64,000 bases of DNA from Botryllus schlosseri (taxonomy: Eukaryota): contig CM119386.1 of assembly GCA_051294905.1 (NCBI GenBank), positions 6,138,001-6,202,000 on the forward strand, read 5' to 3'. The position numbers and the translations under genes were made by a program. Below the pieces are notes generated by a model. It made no database searches, was not told the origin of the DNA, and saw only the letters and a program-made list of their open reading frames with translations. Each line of letters opens with the position of its first letter. The first letter of the stretch is position 1. Positions 1-13,300 of this stretch are shown here, piece by piece.

Positions 1-425
1 AAAAGACAAGTTTTTCGAGTACAGAAATTATACGCTCCTCGCAACCGAAAGTGAATTTACTAACGAGAATTATAGTTTTTATACTTGAAACCTTTATTGG
101 CCGTGTCGCAGCATGTGAGACATAGTACAAAGCTACGAACGTTATTGGAAATAACACATTTCCGATGTCATGATCTTCCTACAACATTGTCAAGAAGTGC
201 AATGAAGTCGGTATGGTCGAAAAAAATACCGAAGTATATATTTAATATGACGGATAACAGGCAATATGTTCTTTGTGATACCATAAAAGGTACACATTTT
301 AACTTTGACATAGTGCATTCTATTATGACGTCATAACAAGTGATACTCGAATATTCGACTCGACTCGAAGCGAAATACGTGATTCAGAATCGAATCACTC
401 AGGAACTCGATTTTGCCCAGCTCTA
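1..425. mobile_element. hAT-type MITE family A, copy 1 (cut by the window edge)
   Basis: Co-linear with copies at 16194 and 25190; ends TGCCCAGCTCTA, followed by GTTATGAA. Confidence 0.85.
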
Positions 426-3400
426 GTTATGAACCTTTATGCTCAATTTATCCTCAGTTTCTTCGCATATCAGACACAGCGGCACACAGCATCACGAGAT
501 GCCGCCAAAGCGCGCGTCAATCAGGGAACTAAAAGTCGGCGGCGGAGTCTATTTCTGTCAGAACGATGTTACTAGTTTGTGGCATCGAAAAAAGATCAGG
601 CTACATATCTATTCTTCGCCATGGGCACTCGAAATGGTGTTTCTGATGGACATAAGACACTGCACGTGACATTGGTCATCCACCGCCCTGATGCGTTAAG
701 GTTGATATCATAAAATGAAATGTTAAAGTGTATACAAGAGTCATAGTTAGAGAGTTAAAGAACTTTTAATTATTTTCCATTGAAATCAAACCGAGAATAC
801 TACATAAACACGGGATACTAAAATATAATGATCTGTACCAATTATTATTTTTGCAGTACTGAAATTCTACCCTCCTTCCAGTCACGCGCCTTATTATTAC
901 AACCCAATATGGAACCAGGGCGTAGGATAAAACCATTGGGAACTCATGGCTATATCCATATTGTCCTATATGGTGTGGATACAAGAATATCTCACGGATC
1001 AGTGAAATTGGTCTACGTGACACTTTCCATTTGCTTAAAGGCGATTTGACGGTCATTTTTGACCAGCTTGCCGATAAAACAGGTATCAATCGAAAGCTAC
1101 TGCGGTACTGATTACGAAAGCATAAATTTTATTCTGCTGGTAGGGTCGGAACCCCCCCCAAAAAAAATCAGCCTCGAATGTTGCATTGTAGCGGAGTTTG
1201 GTATTGTGACGCAACTATGTAACGTCACAAAGTGCAACGAAATACATATGGCCGAAAAATACCAAATTACCTATACGTGAGTAGCAATAGCACTATTTTC
1301 TTTGTGTTCGTATGAAAGGTGCAGATTTGAACTTTCCCTGTTGTCCTTACTAATGACGTCACAGTGAGTGATAATTGAGTGTCGACCCGAAGCCTAATTC
1401 TCGATTCGGTATACCCAATTTTGCTCACCGCAAATTATCTCTCTAATCATAGCCGGCTATAAATACATCCGAACGAATTCCGACAGTCCACGTTACAGCG
1501 CAGATAGCCGGCGATAGAGCGCCGAAATTCCTGAACGCGCCAAATTCCTCGCGTCGAAACAACGCCCGATGACAGGTGATACCTCCGAAACTATTTCAAT
1601 CCGCCAAACAACAATGGCACCGCGCCGGCCCGTTGTCACGCGGCATTTTGTCGGAAAGCAACAGAAACCGGTTCGGGCCGCGAGAAACGCGCAGGCGCGC
1701 AGATGGATGACATCGTATATTTTCAAATTCGCGCTGCATGCAAAGAGATTTCGCAGAAACCAGGCCGCGCGTGATGCGCCCGTTACGTCGTCCGTGATTT
1801 ATCGATCAGAATGATCAATTTAATGACTACATCGCAACGCATCACGAAATCTCGTATCAGCTACTGTAAAAACGAGCGAGGCCGCGTTTCAGCCTGTTTT
1901 TGACATACGTCAACTAGACTTCTCTACGCCATAATGCCCTAAAAACGATATGTCATCCTCTTCAGTTTTGTGCGAAAAATTGATGACGTACGTTCGCCGT
2001 TTTAACTCGAAACGATCTACATAACCGGTGCCTCATTACCGGCGACACAAAGGATTCGCGGGAAATTACGAGAGGCGATTTATGCGTAACAATGGGGATA
2101 ACTACGTGTCCCGAGGCGAGGGTACTCCTCATTACATGCTAGGCTGTGAATCGGCTATCAGTGTACAATGTTTTGGGGTAGAACAAAGAAGATGTATCGT
2201 TAGAACATGCCGCAATTTAGGTACAGTTGCAGCCACTTATAATGATGATAATTTAATGCAACTACACTCGAATGGGTTAGTACATCTTCAAATAATCTTC
2301 CATTTTCAAGTAGCTTATAATCGAATTGAAGTCATTGCCGGATCCGGATACGATCACGTTATCTTACTTCAAATCCTGTTATCCCAGGCAGCATATACTA
2401 CAGCACTACACAGTGAGTTTAGTGAACACTTCTTTCATTGTGCTGGTTACCAATTAGGGCGATGTATCCGTTACAAGCGCCTACGTAACATGACATACAC
2501 AACGTAATATTACATACCTATATGATGTTCTATTTGCAACGACCGCGCGGAAGCCTACATTACCTCGTGAATCAAAAGCGCGCATTAAGACATTCGCATA
2601 AAGAAAATCACTGTAATTACAGGGCAACGCTTAATTTACTAGAATGCCCGCGCTGCACTTGGCCTTCATTTCATTGACGACCGAGAGGAGAACGGGCAGA
2701 TATCGCGATAATGGCCGCTTTGCGCGGTGGGCATTAAATATAATCAAAACGTAGCAACGCGCAGTTGGGCTGCGGCGTCGAGGGAGAACAAGTTCCGCAG
2801 GGGTGGAAGGTCAAATGCTCACGTCACGGAGAGCAGATACTACACTGTAAACAAAAACGGTATCTTTCCCCTACTTCCATCAAGGCATACGGCAGGCGTT
2901 CCCAACCTTTTCGACTCCGTGGCCCCCTTTGATTATTCAAAAAACTTCGTCTTTCAAATATTGAAAAAATTAAAATACAAAGCATCATTTTACTTAAAAA
3001 ACTACTGTATACAATTATTGTGGAGTCGACATAGATATGATTAATTGAAAAAATGATCATTTTACAAATTTTTTCATGGCCCCTGAAAAGGGTCATAACG
3101 CGCACAGGCTGTGAAGCCCTGGCGTAGGGTATGAATCAGAAAACGTAATAGGCACTTTCCGGTATAAAATATTGCTTTCACACCCATTTTAATGGGTGGA
3201 AACAAGTCAAATGCTCGAATTTGTATGAAGATATATCCCAGGGCTGGAATGAGTTGATTCTTAAAACAACTCAATCACTGTAAACAGTATTCTATAAGGA
3301 GTATTATCGAAGCCAAAGATGGAGCAACAATAAGATCTGTCTTATTCCGTCGTCTTATTATCTTATATACACTCTTTTCACGGATATGACGGAACCAAGA

Positions 3401-4335
3401 TCGTAATTCGGCCAACGGCTATAACTACCCAGTACTACGAACATAGTATCGGGTATCTTACACAGATAATACCCCGAAAGGCACGAAGATAAGATCACAA
3501 TAATCGGTAGAGAATACCACGAAATAATTTAGCATTGAATTGGAAAAGTGGTGCAAAGACCCCCCCCCCGTGTTACGGTATTCAGAACCAGTGATTTCAA
3601 TTAACATAATTTCATTACAGACAAAGTTTTGTAGAATACTATCCACGCCACTACTTGAGCGACCAAGTTTTAGCCGTAATTATATCCTAGGAATACGGCG
3701 CGCATTCAAATCAGATTGTTGCGCCACCAGCAAAGCGAAACTGATTCACGCCACACTACAATACCAGCAGACCGCTAGTCTTGAATATCGCAATATTACA
3801 GCCCAATAAAAGCAGCTTCTGATCGCAAAAATTCCGTATACGTATCCCCAGCGGAGCGAGACACATGCATACACACATACAAGTTCAGCGAGTTCGTTCA
3901 GGCTCTAGCGAATCGCGAGAGTCAAGTGCACCTCACCCCTAGCGTAATTCCCGCTGCGTCACCTCGTAACAATATCAAGTACAGATTAGAGCAAGCAATT
4001 GCACTACGCGGATAATGTCAAAATCGATTCCGTTTCAAACTTCAAACGCAGCAAGCTTAAAGCAGCATGCACGTGCACACTGCACAGGCAATATATGGCG
4101 TCTGTCCGCACAGTAGTGAGGTGATACAGCGAATATGAAGCATTGCTACTTGACATATAGCAGTAGCGTATAGACCACACACAACATCACGATTCAATCC
4201 AAGTTATCAGTCTATAGATGCACTCCGTTGGATGCAACCCGGTTCAAAACGTGAAATCCAACCAGAAACGCCGATATATCCATAACAATAACAGCCAGAA
4301 TTACGCAGAGTCCTTGCGCGTGGGACGCTACTTAC

Positions 4336-7300
4336 TGAATTCGTGGCTAGGATCGTCTCGTCGAGGATAATTGCCGCGGCCCATAAGTCCCTGATGCATC
4401 GTTCCTATTTGTCCCTGGGTAGACATGGCCTCCATGGGCGTGTCGCCGTGTCTGGCGTAGTGGTCTTGGTACTGCCGCTGTTGGCTGAACATGCTTTCCT
4501 CTGAAAAAGAACGTCCTGCATAAACTCTCGGTGCAAAGTCGGCCCGTGAGTCACATTATGCGGTATTTTGTTAGTGTATTCGTGATTTTGCATGGTTTAC
4601 ATTTGCAGTTTTCATATTGAAATGAACCCGAATATTTTCGGATGACACTCGTCAGGGGTAATCGTCAGCAACTAGTAGGGAATTGGAAAGAACATTGTAT
4701 ATCAACAACCGTACCACAAAATATGACGTCACCGGTATGAAATTTCGTGAATGAGAGAGCGTTCAATGTACTATTTTTAGGTGGTACACGAACTCCTTTT
4801 GTTGACAGAGTTTTGGTTGGTGTGTTTTGATAAAAGTCGACTCTAAGGCACACAAATGGAATTGTGAACGGCCTCGCCCAACGATTCGAAATCGGTCGTC
4901 TCGATAATTTGCAGTTTTGTCTAACGTACGCACTAATCAATTTCAACGTCTGGTGCCAAAATATTCAATTCATCTCAACCCTAAGACCAATAAGCCGCAG
5001 CAACGCATGAGGCTCCTATTACTTGGGACATTTGACAATTGATCTGATTTTTTTTCATATTTTGATCCGGGTTATTTCGGATTTTGATTGTAAAATTAGG
5101 AGTCCTTTGAATTGGACCAGATGATCATAAATGTGCTCACTGCCCATCTACGTATATGGTACGGACGACCATCCATATTGTTAGCGCGGCACAGAATGCA
5201 TTACCATGTAAAACTTTTATTCAGCCGTGAAACAGGCTCACGACTACAGCGTGAAATCGCAGGTATATCGGGTATCGCGTGTGATTGTAATTCATCAACA
5301 ATTTTGTATTTTACCGCAGCAGTCCCATGGTGATATGGTGTGACAGGTAAAGCGAAATAAAGGCATAAACGTATAGGGACCACATCAGCGCTCTGCCGAG
5401 AAAGGATGGGGCAAGTGTCAGCAGATAAAACTTAATGACGGGTTGAATTATCCAGAATTCGATCCCGGGAAAGGTTGACTACAATTATAAAGGCCATTTT
5501 GTTGACTCACACGCCATTGTAAGAAAATATCAACGTTACAATTGCGTATATGATTGCATTGAATGCAATCATACAATATGTTTCCCAAGTGTACGCACTT
5601 ATGCCGTACGTGTTTGTCGAGGCAGGCTACGTCACAATCCATCATTTAACAGCACGCAGGCTCGCCACCCCATCCGCGTCAGCGGTGTCTTACAAAGGCC
5701 AAGAGGAGGGTCGTGCTATAAGCCGGCAGTTACGGAAAATAAGAAGCATATCGGCCTGGTGTAAATGACCATAGTAGTCGACATACACCATGAAAAGTCC
5801 AAAAACAAACAAAACAGCACGCAGGCCACTTATAGGAGATATTTTGAAAGACTATACTATACAGACAGAGATGTATATGTCTTGTCGTTATTGATGTTCA
5901 CAAAATCAGCAGCGTTTTAAACTTAACACGCGCAACGTACTAACGCATATACTACGATATAGTTATTGATCCAGAATTACGTGTGGTGCCAGTAGAGTGG
6001 CCAACATGGACCGTGCTATAAGTCGACAGAACAGGAATCATAAGGAATACCGGTATGGTGTAGTATGGCCGTAAAAGTCGAAAGACTAAGAATACCAAAA
6101 CAACAATCCCAAATGGGTCATCCTGAATAATACCTGGTCAACATTTACAAACTCGTATATGATGCGCGTAACTTATTATGCTGCTGGTATAAAAACGATT
6201 TGTTACCAATTATTCACGGATTCGTAACGCGCAATGACTACGCGATTGTTAGTCACTGCTACCGCGGACGACAAAACCGCAACACGACGATGATTTATAC
6301 GTTCCCCGCGCTTCAAGTGTGCTGTAAAACAGCCCCGTTCGCGAGCGACATCGCTGTCACGACGTTGACTGAAACTCTGCGAGAATCAATAGAAATTTTC
6401 GGATCGCGCAGCACGATTAACTGCAAAAATTTTGAATATGTCATCCGCAAGGATTAAATATACCCGAGATTAAAGACGGAGATTACATACACACTATCGT
6501 CAAATGAAACCAGTAATGACGAAGGTTATCATGTATTGTGTGTAGGAAAATAGCGCCCTTTACTCTTGCCGTTGGGTATGTGCGCGCGCCTGCATTGTGT
6601 GACGGTGAATCACAATGTTTCGATAATATCGGATTACAGCTGCAGATTTGCGGCGATTAAAATTGCGCTGATAGGACGGCCGGCGTGAAGGCGCTGGGCG
6701 AGTAAAAACGTCGCGAAAATTGATGACACTTTCATGGTTTGGACTGCGCACACGAGAAGTATTGGCCAATTCGTCTCATAAATACCGTAAATAATATTTG
6801 TAAAAAAACTGATGGACAGAGATACAGGAGCGTGAATGAAGATAACATTTGAAGATTTCGGTCGGATTAGAATTTGTTTTGGATGAGCTATTCTCGCACA
6901 TTATGATATAGGCGTGTAATTCGTAACGATATCGAACATTCGAGCAAATACAACCGATTACTGCCGGATGTGAGATTGTGAGCATGACACGAAACCGACA
7001 AAAGATTCGAACCTGATTATTTCATTTCTACAATACCCGGTACACATTAAAGCCAGGGGCATTGTGTAAGGGTCGCGTGTCAATTAGAGTGCTTAATCGA
7101 ATACGTATTGCATCAACAAAATAATGAATGATAATACTGTGATTCATTTCGATAAGACAACACATATTACAGTCAATATACGAATGACATTTCCTTGTGG
7201 TACTCCTAAGGCCTAGGGCGTACAAAGTCAATGTCATTCCGTCGATGTAGGTACGTCATAGAATCGTCATTTTCCTATCATTGCCTGTGGTTAGGGAGAG

Positions 7301-10300
7301 TGAATCGGAGCTTCTTGGAGGTGCAGAACTTCAATATACAATTGAATAGTATATTCATATTGAAATGAACCCGAATATTTTCGGCTGACACTCGTCAGGG
7401 GCAATCGTCAGCAAACTGGTAGAGAATTGGAAAATACATTGTATAACAACAGTCGTACCACAAAATATGACGTCGCCGGCATGAAATTTCGACTATATTC
7501 GGCGCGAAAAGAGCACTTCAATGCACTATTTCTAGATGGTACACGAATTCCTTCCTTGATAAAAGTAGACTCCAATGCACCTAACGCCGAAACTATAAGG
7601 GTTCATTTCGATGGTGTCCGGTCAATACCGAGAAAACCACTACCGAGAATGGACATTACCGAGAATGGACACCACAGAGAATGAACATTACCGAGAATGC
7701 AATATATGCAATGCAGGCATGTTATGCATGTGTACAGGTCGTGTGTATGTGCATCACGGCGTTGCCACTTTCGGTGTCGATTGTCAGGTATAAATCTCGA
7801 CAACGTCCGTCCCAGCATGTTAGATTCTTGGCATTGGCCATTCTCGGTAATGTCCATTCTCGGTGGTGTCCATTCTCGGCAATGGCCATTCTCGGTAATG
7901 CTTTTCTCGGTATTGGTATAGAACCCATTTCAATATGAATATACTATTCGAGAGTGAATCAGTAACCTCGCACATCCCAATGACAAGGGATCGTTTGAAA
8001 CAATACAAAACTGTAACTCCGCAGCCAAGATAAAAATAAACAGTTCGTTTTTTATTCAACAGGCCAAAACCTCGCCTTCGTGCGGACGGTGCTTATTACC
8101 GATTTTGCGGAAAATGCCTCGATGTATCAGCTAACGACATTGCCGGCGGCTAGGTTTTGTGGCGAGGCTCTTGTTTTTCGCTATCGCATCGCCGCCTCGA
8201 AAACTGAGATTACAATTCCCGATTTTGAGCGCGATAGCTGAATCGAATACGCGCATTTCGCTACGCCCCGGGACATACGCGCGGCAGTCGAAAACCGATA
8301 ATTTTCGTGCGATACCGTAACTCATCGGTTTCTCTTGCTTGAGACGATTCGAATCGCGCGCAGCGATTTAATCGCAGACGTGTCGCTATTGCGTTTCAGG
8401 AAATTAACCGGTGTTGGGATATTAACTTGGCGCGGACAATTGGAGCGCTGTTACTCTCCCATGTTGGCAACTACACACAAAATATACCTTCAACTAAGAT
8501 TGGATAAAACTCAACGCGTCAAACACGTACAAAACCGAAAAAAAAACGTTTAAAAATCCCACTAATACCCTTGATTAGTGGATAATCCGAGGATTATGAA
8601 GGAAAAACTGCAATAACTCCGCTTCTACTAGTTGCAATTGAGTCGAATTTGTTTTGTATCGTCTCTGAAGGCAGCTCAACAATTTCATGGTGTATAGACA
8701 GAAGAATTTGATTTTTTTTTAATTTTCCATAATAAATTAAAAATTATAATTGGATCTACGGGATCTGCTAAGCTTGGGGCTAGGGTCAGAGTAAAATCGA
8801 TTTTAGGGTTCGGTTTCGTATTGTGGTTATAAAATCATACGCTCAAATGTCGCAATTCATTTTTGTCAACAGACGGACTCCACAACCCGAACAGTAAAAA
8901 TGAATAGGTCATCTTCATATCAACCCAAATCTAAAGAATCCAAACGCACCATTTCCGGTCGTAAGAACGAGCTTAGTTGATACAACAAATTCATAACGGA
9001 CGGGTCGCATGCTAACTTTACGCAATGTGGAAATTACGAACGACGGTTCGTGCGCATCGGATAATTAGTTCCTGGACGCGGTCACGTGACGCTAATTGGC
9101 CAATGCGAAAGCGAACGTGAAATCGATTATTATGCAGTTAAGTATTATGATAGCGCAGCGGCCGCCATGTTTCGAAATAGCTACATGCGCCAATATAGTT
9201 GCCGTTCGTTAAACATAGCGCGCATGCGTTGCGATCAGCTGATGGCATTGCGGTTTCTGATAAGGGTATAGTTACGTCTGAATTGAGTCCATGTTACGAA
9301 ACAATCGCATAAATAGACAATATAACAAGGTATCGCTTATACGTGTCCTGATTTTCATGTAACAGTACCACCCGCATTCGATATATTACACGGCGCGAGA
9401 TATTACCGCGATGCGCATTAATCACCAGGCTCGAAATTGATACATCCTCGATACCTGTATTTTTACACCCCGAAATACCCGATTTAGTAGGATTTCCAAG
9501 AATTACAACACAGACTCTTTCTCAGTCGCACAGACAGTGATTACTGATTGTAATTGTATACAGGACCGGTGTCTAGTCTATACCGCTGGTACGCGTTTAA
9601 GATTTTCTGCATAATTTAAGGCATTCCGAATAGTCGTCGACATCACACTTTAGCGAGAAACTGCATCAAGTTGATAATAATCTATTAAACATGGCAGTAT
9701 ACGTCACAAAAGCTGCATTATGATGCATACTGAAAAAACGGCGATTTATTCTAGCAATGCTGAATACCGCTTTGGTGCAAAATCTGGCTTTCGATTTCAC
9801 GAGAGGAATGATCCTTTGTGATATGCGGTCAATGCGGACATAAGTGGGCGGGTTGTTCACTGGTTTTGTTAGGATGTAGCGATAATTGCGCTGCTTTATC
9901 GGTAATTTCACTTCCAATTCATAAATTTATTTGCATAAATTTAGAGTCGCTTTGAACACACACTATAGCTTTGACTTTGAATTTTACGTTCCGAAATAGA
10001 CTCTATAGAGCAGTGGCCGGGAACCTTTTTCGTCCGAAGAGCCATATTGACCCTATATGTTCCATCTGAACTACCAAAGAGCCATACATGTCAATCAACT
10101 ACTAGGTCACAATTGCCGGCACGACAGCAACTTAAATTTGAGGATTTTGAAAAGGGCGTCCGAGCCCCTAACCCCCAAATACGTCACTGTATTAACCTCT
10201 CAAAGACATGTTTATGCTGCCACAAGAGTAATTATACTGGTCGTATTGAAGATTTAATAACAAGTTGCTGCAATATTGATAAATTTAGCACAAAAATAAA

Positions 10301-13300
10301 AATTTCGCAAAGAGCCATATCTTATGCCCAAAAGAGCCATATATGGCTCGCGAGCCATAGGTTCCCGACCACTGCTATAGAGCTATATACCAATAATATG
10401 GGTATAGGATAGGGTATCGTGAATTCAGATTCGTGTATTGTATAATCAATGGATACCATTACTATATTCATACGGGTGATTGACTATAGATTATAATAAA
10501 TACATCATAGCACAGATTTGGTTACAAGATATCTCGGGTTATAGATTCGGTCCGCAAAAGACTCAACACGTGTCAACTTAAATAGTCTCACACAGTACTA
10601 TTACATTACAAAATCATCGACACGGAATCCGCAAAAGCATACCGACCGCGTAAAATTAACCGAATACAATTGAGAATTAGAACAACATCGATAACGAGCT
10701 CATAGAAATCGCGCGCAGGACTTTTTTGATCAAGGTGTGGTCGGCGCGGCAGTCACGTTTCGCTGTCAAATGCCTTGCGAGTATTTGTTTTGAAACATGA
10801 ACACGAATCGTACACTATTTCGACCTTAAAACAGCCACAATAGCATCAACATTCCCGTTTAAATATCGCTTTATCTGATGGTATTTCGATTGCGGACAGT
10901 GACGCGCCGGTATCAGAATTTTGCGACAAGTCCAATATAGCTGTCGCTACAAACCTGAACATCATGAAGCACACAGCATTCGCGTTATCAGTTTCAGGAA
11001 TTACATTGTTTCGATACATACTATTATACGCTATCGCGCTGATGCGAATAATTCCTTCAGTATATAAGACATAACTTGTGTATACTCGAGGCCATTAATC
11101 TTAGCGGAATGCAGATCAAAAGTTTAACGCCCAAGTTCGACAATACCGAAGTCGTGTTTGGTCACAAATTTCAATGGAGCGCCAATCAGAAATTCAATCA
11201 GCGGCTGAATTATGCTTAGGAACGGGTCAGTAACGGAAACCGTATTTCACAATCGTGTGTACTGTATATTTACTGCGTTGGAGATAGCTGTGTCTGGAAA
11301 GGACCTAAGTTATGAACTTTTGAGCGTAATAGCTCCGACGTACAAAAATCATAATTAAACAAACCGGGAAGGTGTACCAACACCCCTTAACTAGTCTTGC
11401 AACTGGAATATGTTACAATTTAGTTCAACTTCAACGGAACCACGAAGAGACATCTAATTTTTTTTTAAAATCAGCATTAAAGTTTCCAATCTTACATTTT
11501 AATTGCATACATTTGTTGTAGTCAAATTTGAAGGCGCCAGCAGGCCAAATCTACTTGAGCACTTCGAAAAAGTAGGAGTACTTCGTTACTAACCACATCT
11601 GCAATCATAGAATAGTTTCAATACGAGCCAACGGCCTCAATCGAAATAATATGTAATTCACGAATCATCGAAATCGAACCGAATACACGTAGGCGGCAAA
11701 TCAGATTCAAATTTCGATTCGAAGTATTTACCATTCGCTTTTCCATCTGTGTGTGCGCGCGCGCGTGTGTGTGTGTGTGCGTGTGTGTGTGTGTGTGTGT
11801 GTATGTTTCAATATTCAGTATCGCCGGACGCTTCAATGGGACAAATTCAGACGCAACCATTGCAAAAATTTAACATTATGCAACACGTACCGCTGTGCCT
11901 CATTTGTCTTCTGTCGTGGACCCCGATGGGCGAATAATTATTATTCTCCGTCGGCCAGGTGCTGCGTGGGTAAATTTCAAAGTCCTGATCTGAAAAGGTA
12001 CATAATTGATACAGGCAGGTTGACACAATAACCCCGCCAAATGTCATCTGAAACGCATGTAGTTAGGATAAGGCTGCATCATATAAACATTGAGATGTTA
12101 TCGAGGTATCGGTCAGTAACTGACGGGCTTGATATTGCCCTTGATTTGCGGGTTGGGATTGGTTGGGGTGTTCTCAAAATCGTCGGAATCGGCAAAAATC
12201 CAGAAGTAAAAACCGGCGTTTTTAAATGGATTTGTATTGACGGAAATTTTAGCCGCCATCGCGAGTTCGCGTGTTTACAGAAATGTATGAATCGGCAGAA
12301 ATCTTGAAATATTAGCCGGTGTTATTACATGAATTTCTATCAGCAGAAATACTAGTCGCATTTGGTGAGATCGCGTTTATGCAAGGTATCGGTAAGGGTT
12401 TGATATGTCTCTTGATTTGGGCGGAAATTTGTTTGGGTCTTCTCAAAAATGTCGGAATAGACAAAAATCCAGAAATGTTAGACGTTATTAAATTAATTTC
12501 TATTGAAAAAAATCCTATAGTCGCCGTGGTGAGTTTACAATCAGTTGGATGTAGACTTGAAAAGATGGGACGGATTTTGGACTTAAAATTTTCGCGTAAC
12601 TAGATTAGGACTTGAATTTGGATGCGGAAATCAGAAGGAATCTGGAATTTCTGAGCTATAACTAAATACAGGCAGCCAGTAAGGTCCTGTATTTGTATGT
12701 GAAATGGAAGTCAGCTATTCATCAATTTCACGACTCAAATCAAGGTAAAAACCCAACTTTTGATGCGTTACTTGAAAATTCACACGGCGATTGAAGTATC
12801 ACGATATCCGCGCACCAGGGCAAAGCGATAGTTATCAAAGCCACGGTGTGCGAACGCGCACTGTGGTCTCGAGATCAAAAAATCGGATCAAGCCAAAGTC
12901 TGGTTCAAAGACCACGGGTCGCATGAAAGAGCATATAACTGATACACAAGGTATCCCACGCGCGCATTTGCATCGCGTAACCACTGAGTCAGCGTTGGTG
13001 GTCATCGCGAATGCAACGCACAACGCCGTTACAAAGGTCGCGCCGAACCGGATAACCCAAACAGATAAGCTTTGTTTGCTAGCTAGGGTTCCAGATTTTC
13101 CAAAAACGGCGATATACATTCCGTTGAATTAACATGCGGCAGGTAGCGGCGTTTCGCGGAAAATGCCACCGGTTGGGTCACGTTACGCCCCAAAATAGCG
13201 TTCATTACTACCGCGTCGCATATATTCCCACAGTCAAGGTTAGCATGAATCTCTTATCTCAGAATGGCGTTTCTAGTAGGGATGGTGTGAACGTGAGGTT

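Noticed and set aside
2020-2090. Candidate further IRF exon (IIPIVTHKSPLVISRESFVSP) ending CCG|GTAATG
   Set aside because: Weak acceptor and no similarity to IRF linker or IAD sequence; unsupported without RNA data.
2028-2507. 159-aa plus-strand ORF inside the IRF intron
   Set aside because: GTG start, no recognisable domain or splice context; probably a chance ORF.
7626-7912. Regularly spaced 16-bp repeats as a CRISPR-like array
   Set aside because: The units abut without unique spacers, are mirrored as inverted arrays, and sit in a eukaryotic intron with no cas genes.
11618-12031. ORFs with HTHTHT or VCVCVC runs
   Set aside because: Translations of the (GT)n microsatellite.
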